Assembly (NCBI GenBank): GCA_002633005.1
Contig: NMRA01000134.1
Location: 309,077 to 373,076 of the forward strand
Direction of reading: 5' to 3'
Source of the DNA: Phoronis australis
Lineage: Eukaryota; Animalia; Phoronida
DNA length: 64,000 nt
Made by a program: the position numbers and the translations under genes. Below, piece by piece: positions 25,101 to 38,800 of the stretch. Under the pieces are notes generated by a model. That model saw only the letters and a program-made list of their open reading frames with translations, had not been told where the DNA came from and ran no database searches. The stretch's first letter is position 1; every line of letters begins with the position of its first letter.

Positions 25101-28100
25101 AATTTTACTGCTCCACTATATTGTGTTCTAAATCGATATTAAGCTTTACTATAAGTCAGTTATCTGTGGTGTGGTTATAGGCAGAGAGACGGAGACAGAG
25201 AGCAGAAGAGGAGAGACAACTGGCAGCTGAAAGGTTGGAAAGAGAGAAATTATTCCGTGCAGAGGAGGTGAGGCGTTAGTAGTCTGATAGAGCTGGTAGC
25301 GCTGCCTATTGGACACTGTCAGAATCTTAAAGCAGAAAATGTCATTGCTAACATCTTTTTTTGAAAATTATCATTTTGTGTTTTTGTCTGATTACCTGAA
25401 ATGATATTTATAAGTTACCTGGACACCTTTCTTTCAGTTTTAATTTTAATTACACATGGGCTTCAAAAATATTTTTTACTATTTTTTGCTTACTTAAAGG
25501 GCTTTTGCAAACCCCTGTAGGGCAAAAGAAGACTTTTAAAATTGTCGAATTTTAACCCTCATGGTCATAAACTTATCTCAACTTTTTCTTTACTTAGATT
25601 AAACATTTTCCAATTTGCGGCACCAAAATCCAAGCCGAAATTGAATTTTTCTGATTCTGAAATTTGTTGCACCGACATTTTTGCGTTTTTCATATTTCTC
25701 AAGTTCTGAACACTGCAAGTTTTAGCATAACAAGGTCTGAAAACAGGGTAGAGTTGAGTAACGCTAGGACCTTGCTAAAAGGCAAGACTTCACGAGATTA
25801 CGTGAGATATTGCTGTGTATTTCAAATGAGAACACGTGATTTTGGCTAGATTTTTGCAAGGTCCTAGTGTAGGTCCTATCATACGTTCTAGTGCTATTGA
25901 AGTCTACTTGGATTTGCAAGCAACGTTGATTACTTGCAGGTCAACAAAAATTGCCACTAGATCCCTGGTATGGTTGCTGTTGTGCTCTACATCTGATTCA
26001 GTTTGTGAATGGTTGACATGCTTCTCTTGCCATGTATGATAATACCATGACAACACGTGTATTTTGGACATGGACAAATCTCCAGTCTTTTAATTCTTGA
26101 GTTTTGGATAGACAACATTGCGAATTGTACAGGATCTAAGCTGGAACAAAATAATATTTTTTACCATCTGTAGAATTTGTAGACAAAGTGTAATTTCTTG
26201 ACAAGAATTAAAGTGTGAGTTCATTAGAGACCATGCCTGGTGCATGAATTGACCTGATGAGTCAAACAAACATACTGAGCCTGTTTTTGAACAGTCCCCA
26301 AATTTAGAAAACACTTATACTCTGAGTTAGGTACAGGTGGAGATCAGTTTTATAAAGTTAGTGGTCTACTTAAATCATAAGTTGGCATGTTGCCAGACGG
26401 TGGGTCCTTGGCAATTTTTGCCAGAACAAACTGGTATTATCTACTGAAAACATGTCTGATTTTGCTTTTTATAATTTATTATACTTATTTTCATTAGTTC
26501 AAAATTATTCCATGGATCACATGCTCATTAATTTTTATGCGGGCCGTAATATCATACAGTACATGGTTACAACACAGTCCTTAGGCAGGCTAATTAATAT
26601 GCAGATTGTATGTATGTATCTATGTAGTTTGTATTTATATGTGTATATATTTATTATGGTGACAAGTACAATTAATTCAAACAGTTATAGGTATAACATT
26701 CGTAAGAAAGATAAGTACCCAGCCCAGTTGGGCTTATTAGTCACTTTAACCACACAACTCAGATGTAGGCCTACCATAAATGCGTCGGTTTTTAAGTTCA
26801 AAAGCAGACTTGATATATTTGGCGAATGGCCTAGGGAAACACTGAAACGGCAGTTTTAATATCTCTAATCTTCTGAAATCTGCACAGTTCAGGACTTAAA
26901 GTGAAACATTATGAATTGGAATAGATATCTGTGAGTTGTAAAGAGAACAATCAAACACAAAATGTAGCTCATCCTCCACAGAACCAGAATCATAACACAA
27001 GCAAAGTCTTTCATAGGTGTGTTTACATTACGACCTGTTTCCAAGTGCAATGGTTGATTTCCTGCTCTATGAGCCAAAAGAGATCGCTCAGAATGAGGTA
27101 AATTAAGCTTCACATGCGGTTCAGTTAAAAACTCGTGCTTACGTAAAATGTAGGTTTTTAACTTGGGTTTTGTTACAACAGACTCAGCCCAAACATGTTT
27201 CGAGTATTCAAATAGTTTGTTTCAAGCATCTACTGTGTTACAAGTAGTCAAATTTTGAAAACAGGATTGCATGCCAATTGTGGTAAACAAATTTTTGATA
27301 CCGTCCATCTAATCATTTCTACCAACAGAGTACTCCCATAGAAATACATTTTTTGGTAACCTATCACCACCTGTGGTCACCAATTTGTTTCAAAGACACA
27401 ACATGTTCAATTTAAATCTGTTTCCGGTGGAATCCCACCCCATATCGCCACCAGCAGCATGAGTGGCTGTAAATCAGTTGACCCCTACATAAAAACGCAT
27501 AGCTCTGTTTGAATATTTTCATCATTACCAAAATTTTTGTAACCCCAAACAGATGACCCGTAATCCAAAATTGGTGCCACACAGGAATTAAATAATGTTT
27601 TAATTATGTTTTGTATCCTTCAGATTCTTGTTAACATGGAATGTTGACCATATCTTCCCCAACACTCTACCAGAAGTTTCAGATAATGTATTGAAATTTT
27701 CTTTGAAGTCAAGGTGTTGATCCAGAATACAGCCTAAATATTTGTATGAGGAATTATAACTAATGACACTATTTAAAAATAAATTCAAAATTGCTTAAAG
27801 GTGTAGACTTAGCTCGAAAATAGACGCTAGTTTTTGCCATGTTTACAACCATTCTCCACTTTTTACACCCTGTCCAGTTTCTTAAAACCATCGACATATC
27901 TTGCATGTCATTTTCATTCTCTTACAAAAGTGCAATATTGTCAGCATAAAGAGGCATTGAAATATTGTCAGCATAAAGAGGCATTGAAATATTGTCAGCA
28001 TAAAGAGGCATTGAAATATTGTCAGCATAAAGAGGCATTGAAATATTGTCAGCATAAAGAGGCATTGAAATATTGTCAGCATAAAGAGGCATTGAAATAT

Positions 28101-29797
28101 TGTCCGGGCCACATTTGACACCTTTACCCAATTGTTTAATTTCCACAGCTAAGTCATTTATGTATAAGGCAAAGAATGTCAGTGATAATACGCCCCTCTG
28201 ACGGAAACCATTTTCAGTAGTGAACCAACCACTACGGATACAGAGTGCCATTTAATCGTATACAGTTCAATGAACTTCTGTAAAGCACACGAATTGCATC
28301 CCTCATTTGACCATTAATATCATTTTGTAGTAATGTATCAAACAAAACTTCATGGTTTGTCAGTCAAAAGCGTGTTGATGTCCTCAAATGTTACAAATTA
28401 ATGTAAAAAGGTTAGACAACTTTCTTGTTTGAATAATTGATGACAGGACATATATGTGATCAATACAGGACCATTCAGGCTTTGAAAACAATTTTGCACA
28501 TCAACTAAAATATTGTTCTGTTCACAGAAACCCACATTTCTATTATTTTACACAGTACTGAAGAGTTTATAAATATTTGAAAGAAGGCTAATCCCACAGT
28601 AGTTCAAAGTTATTCTAGGGTCGTCTGTAGAATTCATAGCTTAAAAGATTCATTAAACAACTGGGTTAGAAAAACAATAATTTCGAATTTTAACACCCCA
28701 TAAGCTATACAGTCATAGCCGACGGCTTTGTTATTCTTTGCTTTCTTGACAGTTCTAACCTCATCAATAGAGATTTCACAATTTAAGCCATGATCAATAT
28801 TAGAACAATCTTTTTCTAGCTGCGTTTGCAAATTCAAGGTTTTCAAATAAAATTAATCATCTTATAGGTTAGTGTATTTTCAGAACTGCATATTTTAAAT
28901 AATTGTTCGTAATCATTTTCCCATTTATTTGAAACAAAATTTCTATCAGTTTATTTTATTTGAATCCAAGACTTCCAGGGGAACTTCGCTAAACTGATTT
29001 GGTCCCAGTTTCTAATATATGCCCAGAAATCCTTAGGATTTTCAGTATTCAGATTCTCAATTTCAATCTGAACGTTCAACTTGTATGAATGTTTCGCGCA
29101 TTTAATTTTTTTTGTCAAATTTATATCGAGCAGACAGAAATAGTTGTTTGTAACATGACCAATTCCTGCATCCTCTTTGACTTCTTGAAAGTTGTTTTTC
29201 AATGTGCTTTAATTTTGTCCACAAATCGTTGAGTTCCGAATTCCAATAAAGCTGATTCCTTTTAAAATACTTTCCTAGTTTACGACTCTGATAATAATCC
29301 TTGTAATCCAGCAAGGAATCCGTTTCCTTAATGAATAGATCAACAAATTTCTGATACACTATATGAAGTTGGTTCTGATGTTCATAGGATAACAATAATG
29401 AATCAAATAAACATAAAATTTCTTCATTAAATGTCACATTATTACTTAATTCTGCCGGGATAATGGAGACGTCGTATTTACATTTTTTCGAAAGAGTATT
29501 TAAATCTAAAGGCCTGTCCATACCACGTAAACATACTCCAGGCGAGGAGATTTTAAACTTTAAAACAAGAACAGAATGATCTGGTGCTTTATATCTCGAC
29601 CCAATCAATGCGTGGATATCTAACGTATTAATAATATGAGAGGTCTTATTGGACTATTTGTGCACCTGACTGATAACACCAGACCAAGATGGACAAGGTC
29701 TTTGAACTTGGCAGTGGCACAATTTTAAGGAATATGGTTGGTCATTGGCAATGTATTATTGTTGTTGTTGTTATTATTACTATTATTATTATTATTA

Positions 29798-29846
<49 letters not shown>

Positions 29847-32800
29847 GCACTGCACTGAGTGTCAGCAATCTCTTCTAGGCAGAAAAGAAACGTGAGAAAG
29901 AGGCTTTGGAGCAACAGCGGAAAGAAGAACGTGAGCGAAAGAGGCTGGAAGAGGAGGAGAGAAAGCAGAAGATTGGCAGGCCGAACTATGTCATTGTAAA
30001 GAAAACGAGGAATAATGAAGAAAATGTGAGAACGAATTTTTATTTTGCAAAATTTTCACTGATATTTTGCATTTGTTTGGTATACTACCCAGGATGTTTA
30101 ATTTGTACTTGAAAGTGTTGTTCATAAGTTCAGAACATGTAGTAGCTGAACCTTACATCTGCTTCATTGTACTACAAACTGATTTGGTTATTATAACTTC
30201 TTTATTTGATATCAAATCTCACCTTATCGCTTCCAGACTTTTGTGTGCAGCTGCTGGTTTCGTTTAATCTGAGTTTTTTAGAATCTGTTCGTCTGCATTG
30301 AAAGGCATAATAATATTCAAACGGTGTATTGGACATGATAACCCCTGCACGCTGCTGCCACCTGGGGGAATAATTAGACATGCCCATTGCTTGTTGTTGT
30401 CTGTCTGTCTGGCACCAACTATCAAATCCTAGTGATAACCTTTTGCACTTCATTAAAATTCCTGTCGGTTAAAAATTTCTCAGCTAGCCATTTTGTGTTC
30501 CTTCATGTCTGAGTTTGGGCTATTTTTATGACTTCCTGCCTGTAGTTGTTAAGTGGTATTAAATATTTAACTGATCTCTGACTCATTAGCTGCAGAGCAG
30601 CTGACATGCACGCTTCTGTTACTACTATTTTTGAAGGGAAAAACTAATGTCATTGCCCCAGTTTATGACAGAATGCCGACTGGTGAGGGTTCAACGTTTT
30701 GCGGACAAATACAGCTTTTAGTCTGTATAAATTTTAAAAAAATACTTTGTATTATTTGGTACAAGTCTTGCTGTATTTTATACAACTTTGTACTTTTTAA
30801 CATTGTATATTATTTTAAAATTCAATTTTAATTGTATAACAATGATATTTTGCTTTAAGAGCATTGTATTGTTGTTTATTTTAGGCATTACTAGGAGGTA
30901 ACACAAACCTGTGTCTTGTTACAGTAACTGATTGATGAATTAGTTCAAGTATGATGTTCAATCCTTCATTCACTTTGAGTGACACATGTGGGCCAGTCTG
31001 TCTGGTAGGGAGTGCACTGTTTAACCAATCTTTGGTTTGTTGTCCTTCCTTGGAAGAGGGAGATTATCTCCCTGAGGTATTTCCCAACAGTTGCATAATG
31101 TCAGCAGACTAGAGATGGTATTAGTACTTGTAGACAAATATTGCAGTCTCATTCTGAGTCAAAGTTAACCATACTGTGAGTTCTGACTATACAGAACAGG
31201 GACTTTGTTAAAAACCCTAGGATACACTTGCCAATTTTGGACTTGCACAAGTAGTAGTTTTGCCCAATTATTTTTTATTTTGCCCATATTATTTATTTTG
31301 CCCATATTATTTATTTTGCCCATATTATTTATTTTGCCCAATTATTTTTTATTTTGCCCATATTATTTATTTTGCCCAATTATTTTTTATTTTGCCCAAT
31401 TATTTATTTTGCCCATATTATTTATAAGCTTCCCACCTTTTACACTATTTTTCTCCTGAATCATGAATCACAACTGGCCTCCCCCCTGTAAGGCAAAATT
31501 TGTTGTGGTTATACAGTGTTACCCTGAGGCTGTTTTTATGTTATTTAAGCTGAAAGCGATTTATACTGGGTTCATGGGTGAGTTACCTCGGATGCGATAA
31601 AAACCAACTAAAATAGTTCCCACCATGTATTTTCTTAGTTTTTGAGGTTTTAATTAGTTAATATGCAATAAATACCATAAAATCTACCTAAATAAGCACT
31701 TTTGATGCCAAATAGTTGAATTTTTTTTTAATTTTGAAGAAAAAATAGTTATCTCCAAGTTTTCCCCGCCATATGATGTAATGGGTGGAAAACGTTTGGT
31801 CACTTGACAATCAATTGCAATGGTGAAATGCAGCAGATCAGAAGACGAGGACGATTTTGAGTGAGAACTGGACAATTAGTATGCTAACAGGGGAGAGAGT
31901 GGATATGGGCATCACACTCAAGTACTTGAAGAATGAGACAGTGAATTGATTTCCCATTTAGCAAACTTTCCTGGGCATTGAGGCCACAACCCACTTGCAA
32001 AAGACATGCTGCAGACATATATGAGCCACAACCAACTGAACCAAGGGGTGGTCCATATCCTCCAATTTGAAACTTAATAATCTCTGATGACAAAGGCTAC
32101 ATTAAACCTGGGTCATGCTATTGCCATGATGGAATGAACATGGTCTAAACATAATGCATACAGGTGTTGTATCACTCGATCTGGGCCAGGACCGAGAGCC
32201 TGACATCATTCACCCTAGAATGCAGACAGTTTCATCATTATTTATAAAATTTTCAAATGCACTTACAAGGCGGCTTGTCCTTCATCGTAATGCCGCTGTT
32301 GTGTTTGTTCGAAACACAATTACTTGAAATGTGCCGCTCAAAGTGTGGCTCACAATTAAATCGTGTGTTCCACACTGACATTCCAGGCTCTCGTGTGGTA
32401 CACAAACTGATGCCATATCTGTACAATGTTCACGTATTTAGGAAATTTAAACAAAGAGGCATTCTCAGTGAAGCTGCTATTGCTACAGCCTCTACAAACA
32501 CACCTTTTCATGTCTGAAAAAGATTTTCCTCACAACTCCTCAGTATCGCACTGGTAAAAGAACAATGGTGGAGACGGTCTTCCACGCATTGCGTACAACT
32601 TCGATAACAGAAAAATATTTTAAAAAAATTTTTGGCATGTTTCTTAGCAATGGGTATACTAAAGGCTATTAAATCTCTTAAGATCTATTAATAAAATTCT
32701 TTTTGAGACACATTGTCATGGTGGGTTCATTTCTTGGTTATCTCCTCATATTTTCCCCCAGATTCACCTCATTTTCCATTGATGCAAAGTTACGCTCCCA

Positions 32801-35800
32801 CACTGTGGGATGAGTATCCTGATTTCATTGATTGGCTACTCCACAGGATACAGCTGTGTCATTGTCAGTTTGACATAGTCCAGCTCTCTCATTGTCTGCC
32901 TTCTGCTGATACCCTCACATATTGCAGCAATTATGTTGTAAACAGCATGCCTGCCGCTAACCCATATTCAAAAATACTATTCCAAATGACGTTCAGCAAA
33001 TGTCTTTTGAAGATGTGTTTTTTATGAAATACTATCACCAAAAAACTTCGAATGGAGAAAAACGGTTGACTTTCAGAGAAATTAGACTTAACTTTCAAAT
33101 GGTGATTTCTTTGTGTGACTTAAAGCACTGACCCGTTTATTACCACAACATTGTGTACCAACACAACGGCTTGTTTATCAAGTTTAATCGAAAATGATTT
33201 TGATATTATGTTGGAAATTTCTTGGTGTTTGGAATGGTACTCCATCAAGTGTGTTAAAATCATAAACTTTTTCTCTTCCAAAAAACAATGTCAGCTTCTG
33301 ATTAGTTATCACTGACTGAAAAATGTACTGTAATATGTTCTTATATGTTAAACATGAGGTTGGTCATACACCAAAGAATGTTTTTATTTTAATGTATTTG
33401 ATGAGAATGGAAAGATTATGTTTTGCAGTTACGTATATTTGGTTTCCCCACTTATCAATAAACTTAAACTGCTCATTTTCCTATGCTCTGACCATATTCT
33501 TTCCCTAAATTTTCTCTTTCTGTTGTTGAAGATAATTCTTCCCCCAATGGCACCAGGCATATCAATGAAGATCAAGTTGATACCCAAGTCAAAACATTAC
33601 TTTGTCATCATGTGCCTTATCTTGGACTTGAACTGCTGGCAAGCTAACACCCCTCATCTCCTACAATGAACTGTGCCTGCTGACTGCAATCTGAGATGAT
33701 GACTAGAACCATCTGTGAGACAGCTATCCTCTCCACTCAGGCTTGTCTGTTTACATACGAAATGCTGCTTCCCAAATTAGCTGGCCAACATTCTCTGTAT
33801 AGCACTTTCCATATATGGCTCTACTGGGCTCACTGTATGACTGACTGTAGTCAACTGGCTTCTTGCAGTGAAGCAGGGTTTGGCTCGGTTTTCGTGAACT
33901 TTTTCTGCAAGAGGCAGCTTAGTCTATCCACAGTTTCGGCAAGATGAGTTCTGTGAGTATATACACAATGAAACAACATGGTTGTATACTGATGTCAGTT
34001 TATGGTAGCCAAGAGTTGTGCTATGAAGTGATAGTGTTATTTGTGATCAGTGGATGTCATGGTTAATTCCTGTAAGAATTAGTTTTATACCAACATGGCT
34101 GTCACCACATGATGCAGAAGGTTGTGTGATATCTCATCATGCATGTAGCTGTTGCCTGATATCTAAGCATGGTGCTACATGTTTTCCACTGATGTATTAC
34201 TTGATTCCTTTGTTTCTATTTTGCAAGAGATTTTATAAAATTGTGTTTGTAGTAACTGTGGGGGGGGGGGTGGCGTACAATGTCCTGGATTCATTCTTCC
34301 TTACCTTTTCTTGTTACTATCGCAGTATGGCACTATGTTTCTGTTACTATGGCATTAAATTCATCATTTAGTTTTGCAAATTCCCACTAACTTTGGGTCA
34401 GCATGTATTTGAAGGTCATACCACAAAGTTAGTCAGTGTGAAGACTGTCAAAATCAACTTGTGTTCTCAAAGTAAAATAACTCTCTGTGGATTGACGCAT
34501 TCACATTTTTAACGATAGTCTGCATTGTAATGAATTTTTTTACCAGTTGTCTCATTGTGTTTTCAGTTAAGAATTATTGACATAAAACAGCTAGGCAGGT
34601 CACAACAGAGGTATTGATCAATATACAAATGATAATTTATGGTAATGATATATATTCTTGCACAAATTTTCATGGACGTCTTTAAGCTTAAAAGCTTTTT
34701 TTAAATGACACATTGTTAATAATGTTGTCCTCATTTGAACTCTCCAACTCATGTTAAGAAATGCTTTATAGGGTTGACCCAGTTTCACGAAAATGTCAGA
34801 CAAGTCAAATTGTACGTCCTCATATATTTACTGCATGACATTGTGTAGCAGTAAAACTTTGTTGGCTGGATCTTGAAATTGAGTTGCAAATCTGTTCCAA
34901 GAGTAGGAAATGGATGACCAGCAGCATAAAAACGATTTAGTCATCTTGCTAGACAATCAGTTGTCACCTCAACTAAAGCTGAGCAGATGCATACTTTGAT
35001 TTCAACGACTTGAAGTATCATCAAATGATAGTAAAGCATTATTCCTAAAAATAATTGCAGGAGGTCTGGTACAGGTTGTACCAGGCATGCACACACGCAG
35101 CTCAGGTAGTTCCCACTTGGAACCATGATTCTTATGCATAATTATTAGTACCGTATATTGTTAAAACTGAGCTGAGGAGCTGACTAGAGGGTCTAGCAGT
35201 GTGCCCCAGTGAGACTCGAGTCCACGACCTTGAATAAAGGAAGAAGACAAACTTGCCTCCTCTTAGCTTGTTTGTATGATTTGCAAGTAATACTAAAACA
35301 ACATGCCACACTGCTCATATCAGTATTACTCACTAAATGTAAACGAGTTTTGCTGTGTTACTCATATCAAATCTTGTCATAGGTTCTTCTCAATAAGTTT
35401 TTGGGTTCTACATAATATTATATGTGAAATCATCCTTTTTAATGTCTTGGCACTTCTTGAACATTTAGCTTACATGCACGAAATTAAGCTATGTTGAACC
35501 CTCACTTCCCATTCAGATACATAGTGCCCCATATGCTGCTCCTGTTGAAAGTCAAGGTACCTACACTAGTCGGTTAACGGACTCATAAACTCGGTCACGG
35601 ATGCATGAACACGACTCACGTACATGCAAACACCGTTCACTAACTCACAAACACGGGAACGGACTCACAAAACACAATCCATTCACCGAAATACACGGGA
35701 CACTGACTCAATTCACAATTAAGAAACACGGTTAATGGACCAGAAAACACGGTTCACTACTTCGATAAAGCATGCCATAAACACGGGTCACGGACTCATC

Positions 35801-38800
35801 GGCTTCCTGGGTCAGCTGACACCTACATTTGTCCGTAAACCGTGTTTGGCAGTCCGTTAACCGTGTTTCTTCGTGAATGTGAGTCCGTGTCCCGTGTATT
35901 TCGGTGAATGGATCGTGTTTTGTGAGTCCGTTCCCGTGTTGTGAGTCAGTGAACGGTGTTTACAGGTACTTGAGTCGTGATCGTGTTTATGAGTCCGTTA
36001 ACCGTGTAGTTTAGGTGCCTTGAAAGTGTACAGAGCCCATCCCTGATGTCTATATTCTGACCTCATCATAGACAAAGCTCCATCCCCGTCCAGGTTGACC
36101 TCTTGGTGAGGTCAGCATGAACAGTGCCCCATCCTTGTCCATTCTGACCTTTGGCTGGTCAGTTCTGCATCAGAGTGAATAGAACAACACCTTGTCCATT
36201 TTGACCTCTTGTTAGCTATAGTTCAGATTCTGTTTGACCTGAAGAGCATGCCATTCGAACTGTCAGTCTGTTTATTATCTTAGCAGATGTTGTGTGTAAG
36301 TGCTCACCAGAATCATTACACCAGACTAATTAGGAGGGCACAGTGTCCCCGTTTGTGGGTTGGTTGTAACATGAAACTGCACCATTGAATAATAAACTTT
36401 TCACTACATCAGTTTGGCCAGATAAAATGGTTTTGATTGTTATCAGATCATTTCAAATAATTCACCAAAATCAAGATTTCTGCAAATGGTCATTAAGTAT
36501 CAAACTCTTATTTTGCGAAGTAGAATTGAAATCAGTACTCAAATTTCTTTGATTGACAGATTTTGTAGTTATCAAAGTTATCAAATACATCATTGTGCAA
36601 TTGCTCAGAACTTGAACATGTTAAAGCTTATCTTGAATGGTAATACCTGTAAACTGGGTTACTATAGTTTAAGAGCATCGCTCGGAGTCCACTACTGCCA
36701 TGAATTGCCAAATGTAACGAGTTGTTAACTTGAGGCGTATTGGCTTGCTTTTGTGTACGTCATGGTGAGAATCACCTTTTAAGTCAAAGAGTTGCGAAGA
36801 GCACCCGAACGCAATGTACTTCCATTTAGACCTCTATTCAATACAACTGTTATCGGCATTTTGTTGCTTATGCTGGGATATCGGAATAACGCAACATGGC
36901 ATGAAAACTGAAGGCAGCTTCACTTATCATTTGACGGGCTTACACTTGCGTGATTAACTCGCGTTTTCTTATTTTACTAAGGATTTGCTAGGACTATCTG
37001 GTTAGCTCATAACAAAATTCCAAGTTAAGCTTTAAGGCATTAATTTGATGCTACATATCTTTCATTGAGAACAATGAGAAAATAATATTTCTATTGGTGA
37101 GATTTTATCGTTTATGTGGATCAAAACGGGATAAACCTAACGGTAAACTGTGATTTTGTGGTGAAGGGAAAACCCTGGTCATACGGGTAATGTATAGGTG
37201 ACCGCCACAATCATCTCAACTTTTAACACTTTTATTGGGGCCATGTACAATGCTGTCTTTAAAAATCCCTGTTTTTGTTTTGAATAGGATTTATTATGTC
37301 TGAGAAGTAACATTCTTTTTTGGTGGTTGTGACTAGATTCAATACTGCAGACTTGGTTTGATGATGGCAATTTTGACTTGAACTGCATGGCATTTTAAAA
37401 TGACTTGGATTGAAAGGTAAACTTCAGTAAATGTACTTAGTCTTTGGATGATGTGTGTGTTGACTACACAGTATGTGTTACATTAGTTGAGCTTGAATTA
37501 GAAAGATGGCAAAATGATCACCAGAAAATATTTATAGCATGGTGTTGAGTTGTAAAAATACTGCAGGTGTAAGCAATCTCTCTATATGGTGTAATGTAAT
37601 TTGACAATCAAAATCATGTCTGTCCTGTTTTCTGTTTCAGATGGATAATGTTGTCAAGGCCAAGGAAGACATGGCCAAGTCAAAGGAACAACTGGAAGCT
37701 GAGAAGAAAGCCATTCTCTCTCAACGGGTGGCACCACTGAACATTGCTGGCTTCGACACGGCTAAGCTGGCAGAAAAGGCAAAGGAAATCCACCAGGCTA
37801 TTTGGAACCTGGAGAGTGAGAAGTATGACTTGGAGCAGAGGTTCAAGAAACAACAGTTAGAGGTGAGTTGAGAAGGGGGTGCGAAGAACATGGTTAGCAA
37901 GTGCTTGAAGTGGTCAATACAAGAACCTGTAGGAGATCTGGAGCCTGGCCCTAGTTGCATAAAACTTTGTGACGTGTTCAGCAATATCGTCACACGTGCT
38001 CGTTGTCTTTGCTGTACAGTGTATTTTAGGACACCTTGGAAATAACGAAGAGTTAGAAATAACTATGGGAAGACTTGAAACAGAGGTTCAAAGTAGAATG
38101 ATAAATGTAAGGAAAGAAGGGGTTGAGCAGACCAAAGTTTACTGTCCATACTGACTTTAACTCCCCAAAACATCAATCTAGTTCTTTGTTAAGTATTTCG
38201 GTGCTCATCTGCCAGGCTATACAACTCCCAGGCAATTAATTGTCTACCACAGTTCAAAAAGTTTTGAAAACCATTCATCAATGAACTGAAACTTAATGCA
38301 TCTATTTTGGCTAATTTTTATTGTATTTCTTTGAGTAAAAATTATTCCAACTATACTTTTCATGAAGAATTTAATTTTGGAAGCCAAGCAGTTTGAAAAA
38401 TCACCAGTTTTAGTCCATGATATATCAGTTTATGTTAGCCATTGGTTTATTGTTGTGTTGCTACTGCAGTAATTGTTCTACTATACACAATATAACCTTA
38501 GATCAGATTCCCTGATAAACAGATCTCTTGGCAACAGTGGAAATGTACAAATCTATTGATGAATTTCAAGGTGGTGGGAAAGGGCGGAGTTGGTAATTCA
38601 GGACCTGTTAAGTGAGAAGTGTGACTTACGATATATTGTTCAAGATACAGTGTATGCCAAAGTGTGTCGTTGTAAAGGGGGAGGAGTGTTGTGTGTTCTA
38701 ATGTTGTGCTGTCTGGTTACAGATGATGGACCTCAGTGAAAGAGCAAGACAAATGAACAAAGGGTAAGTGTTGTTAGGAGTATTATTTCACTTTGAGATT

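Noticed and set aside
29689-29895. Poly-Ile transmembrane-like ORF
   Set aside because: Translation of the (TTA)n microsatellite.
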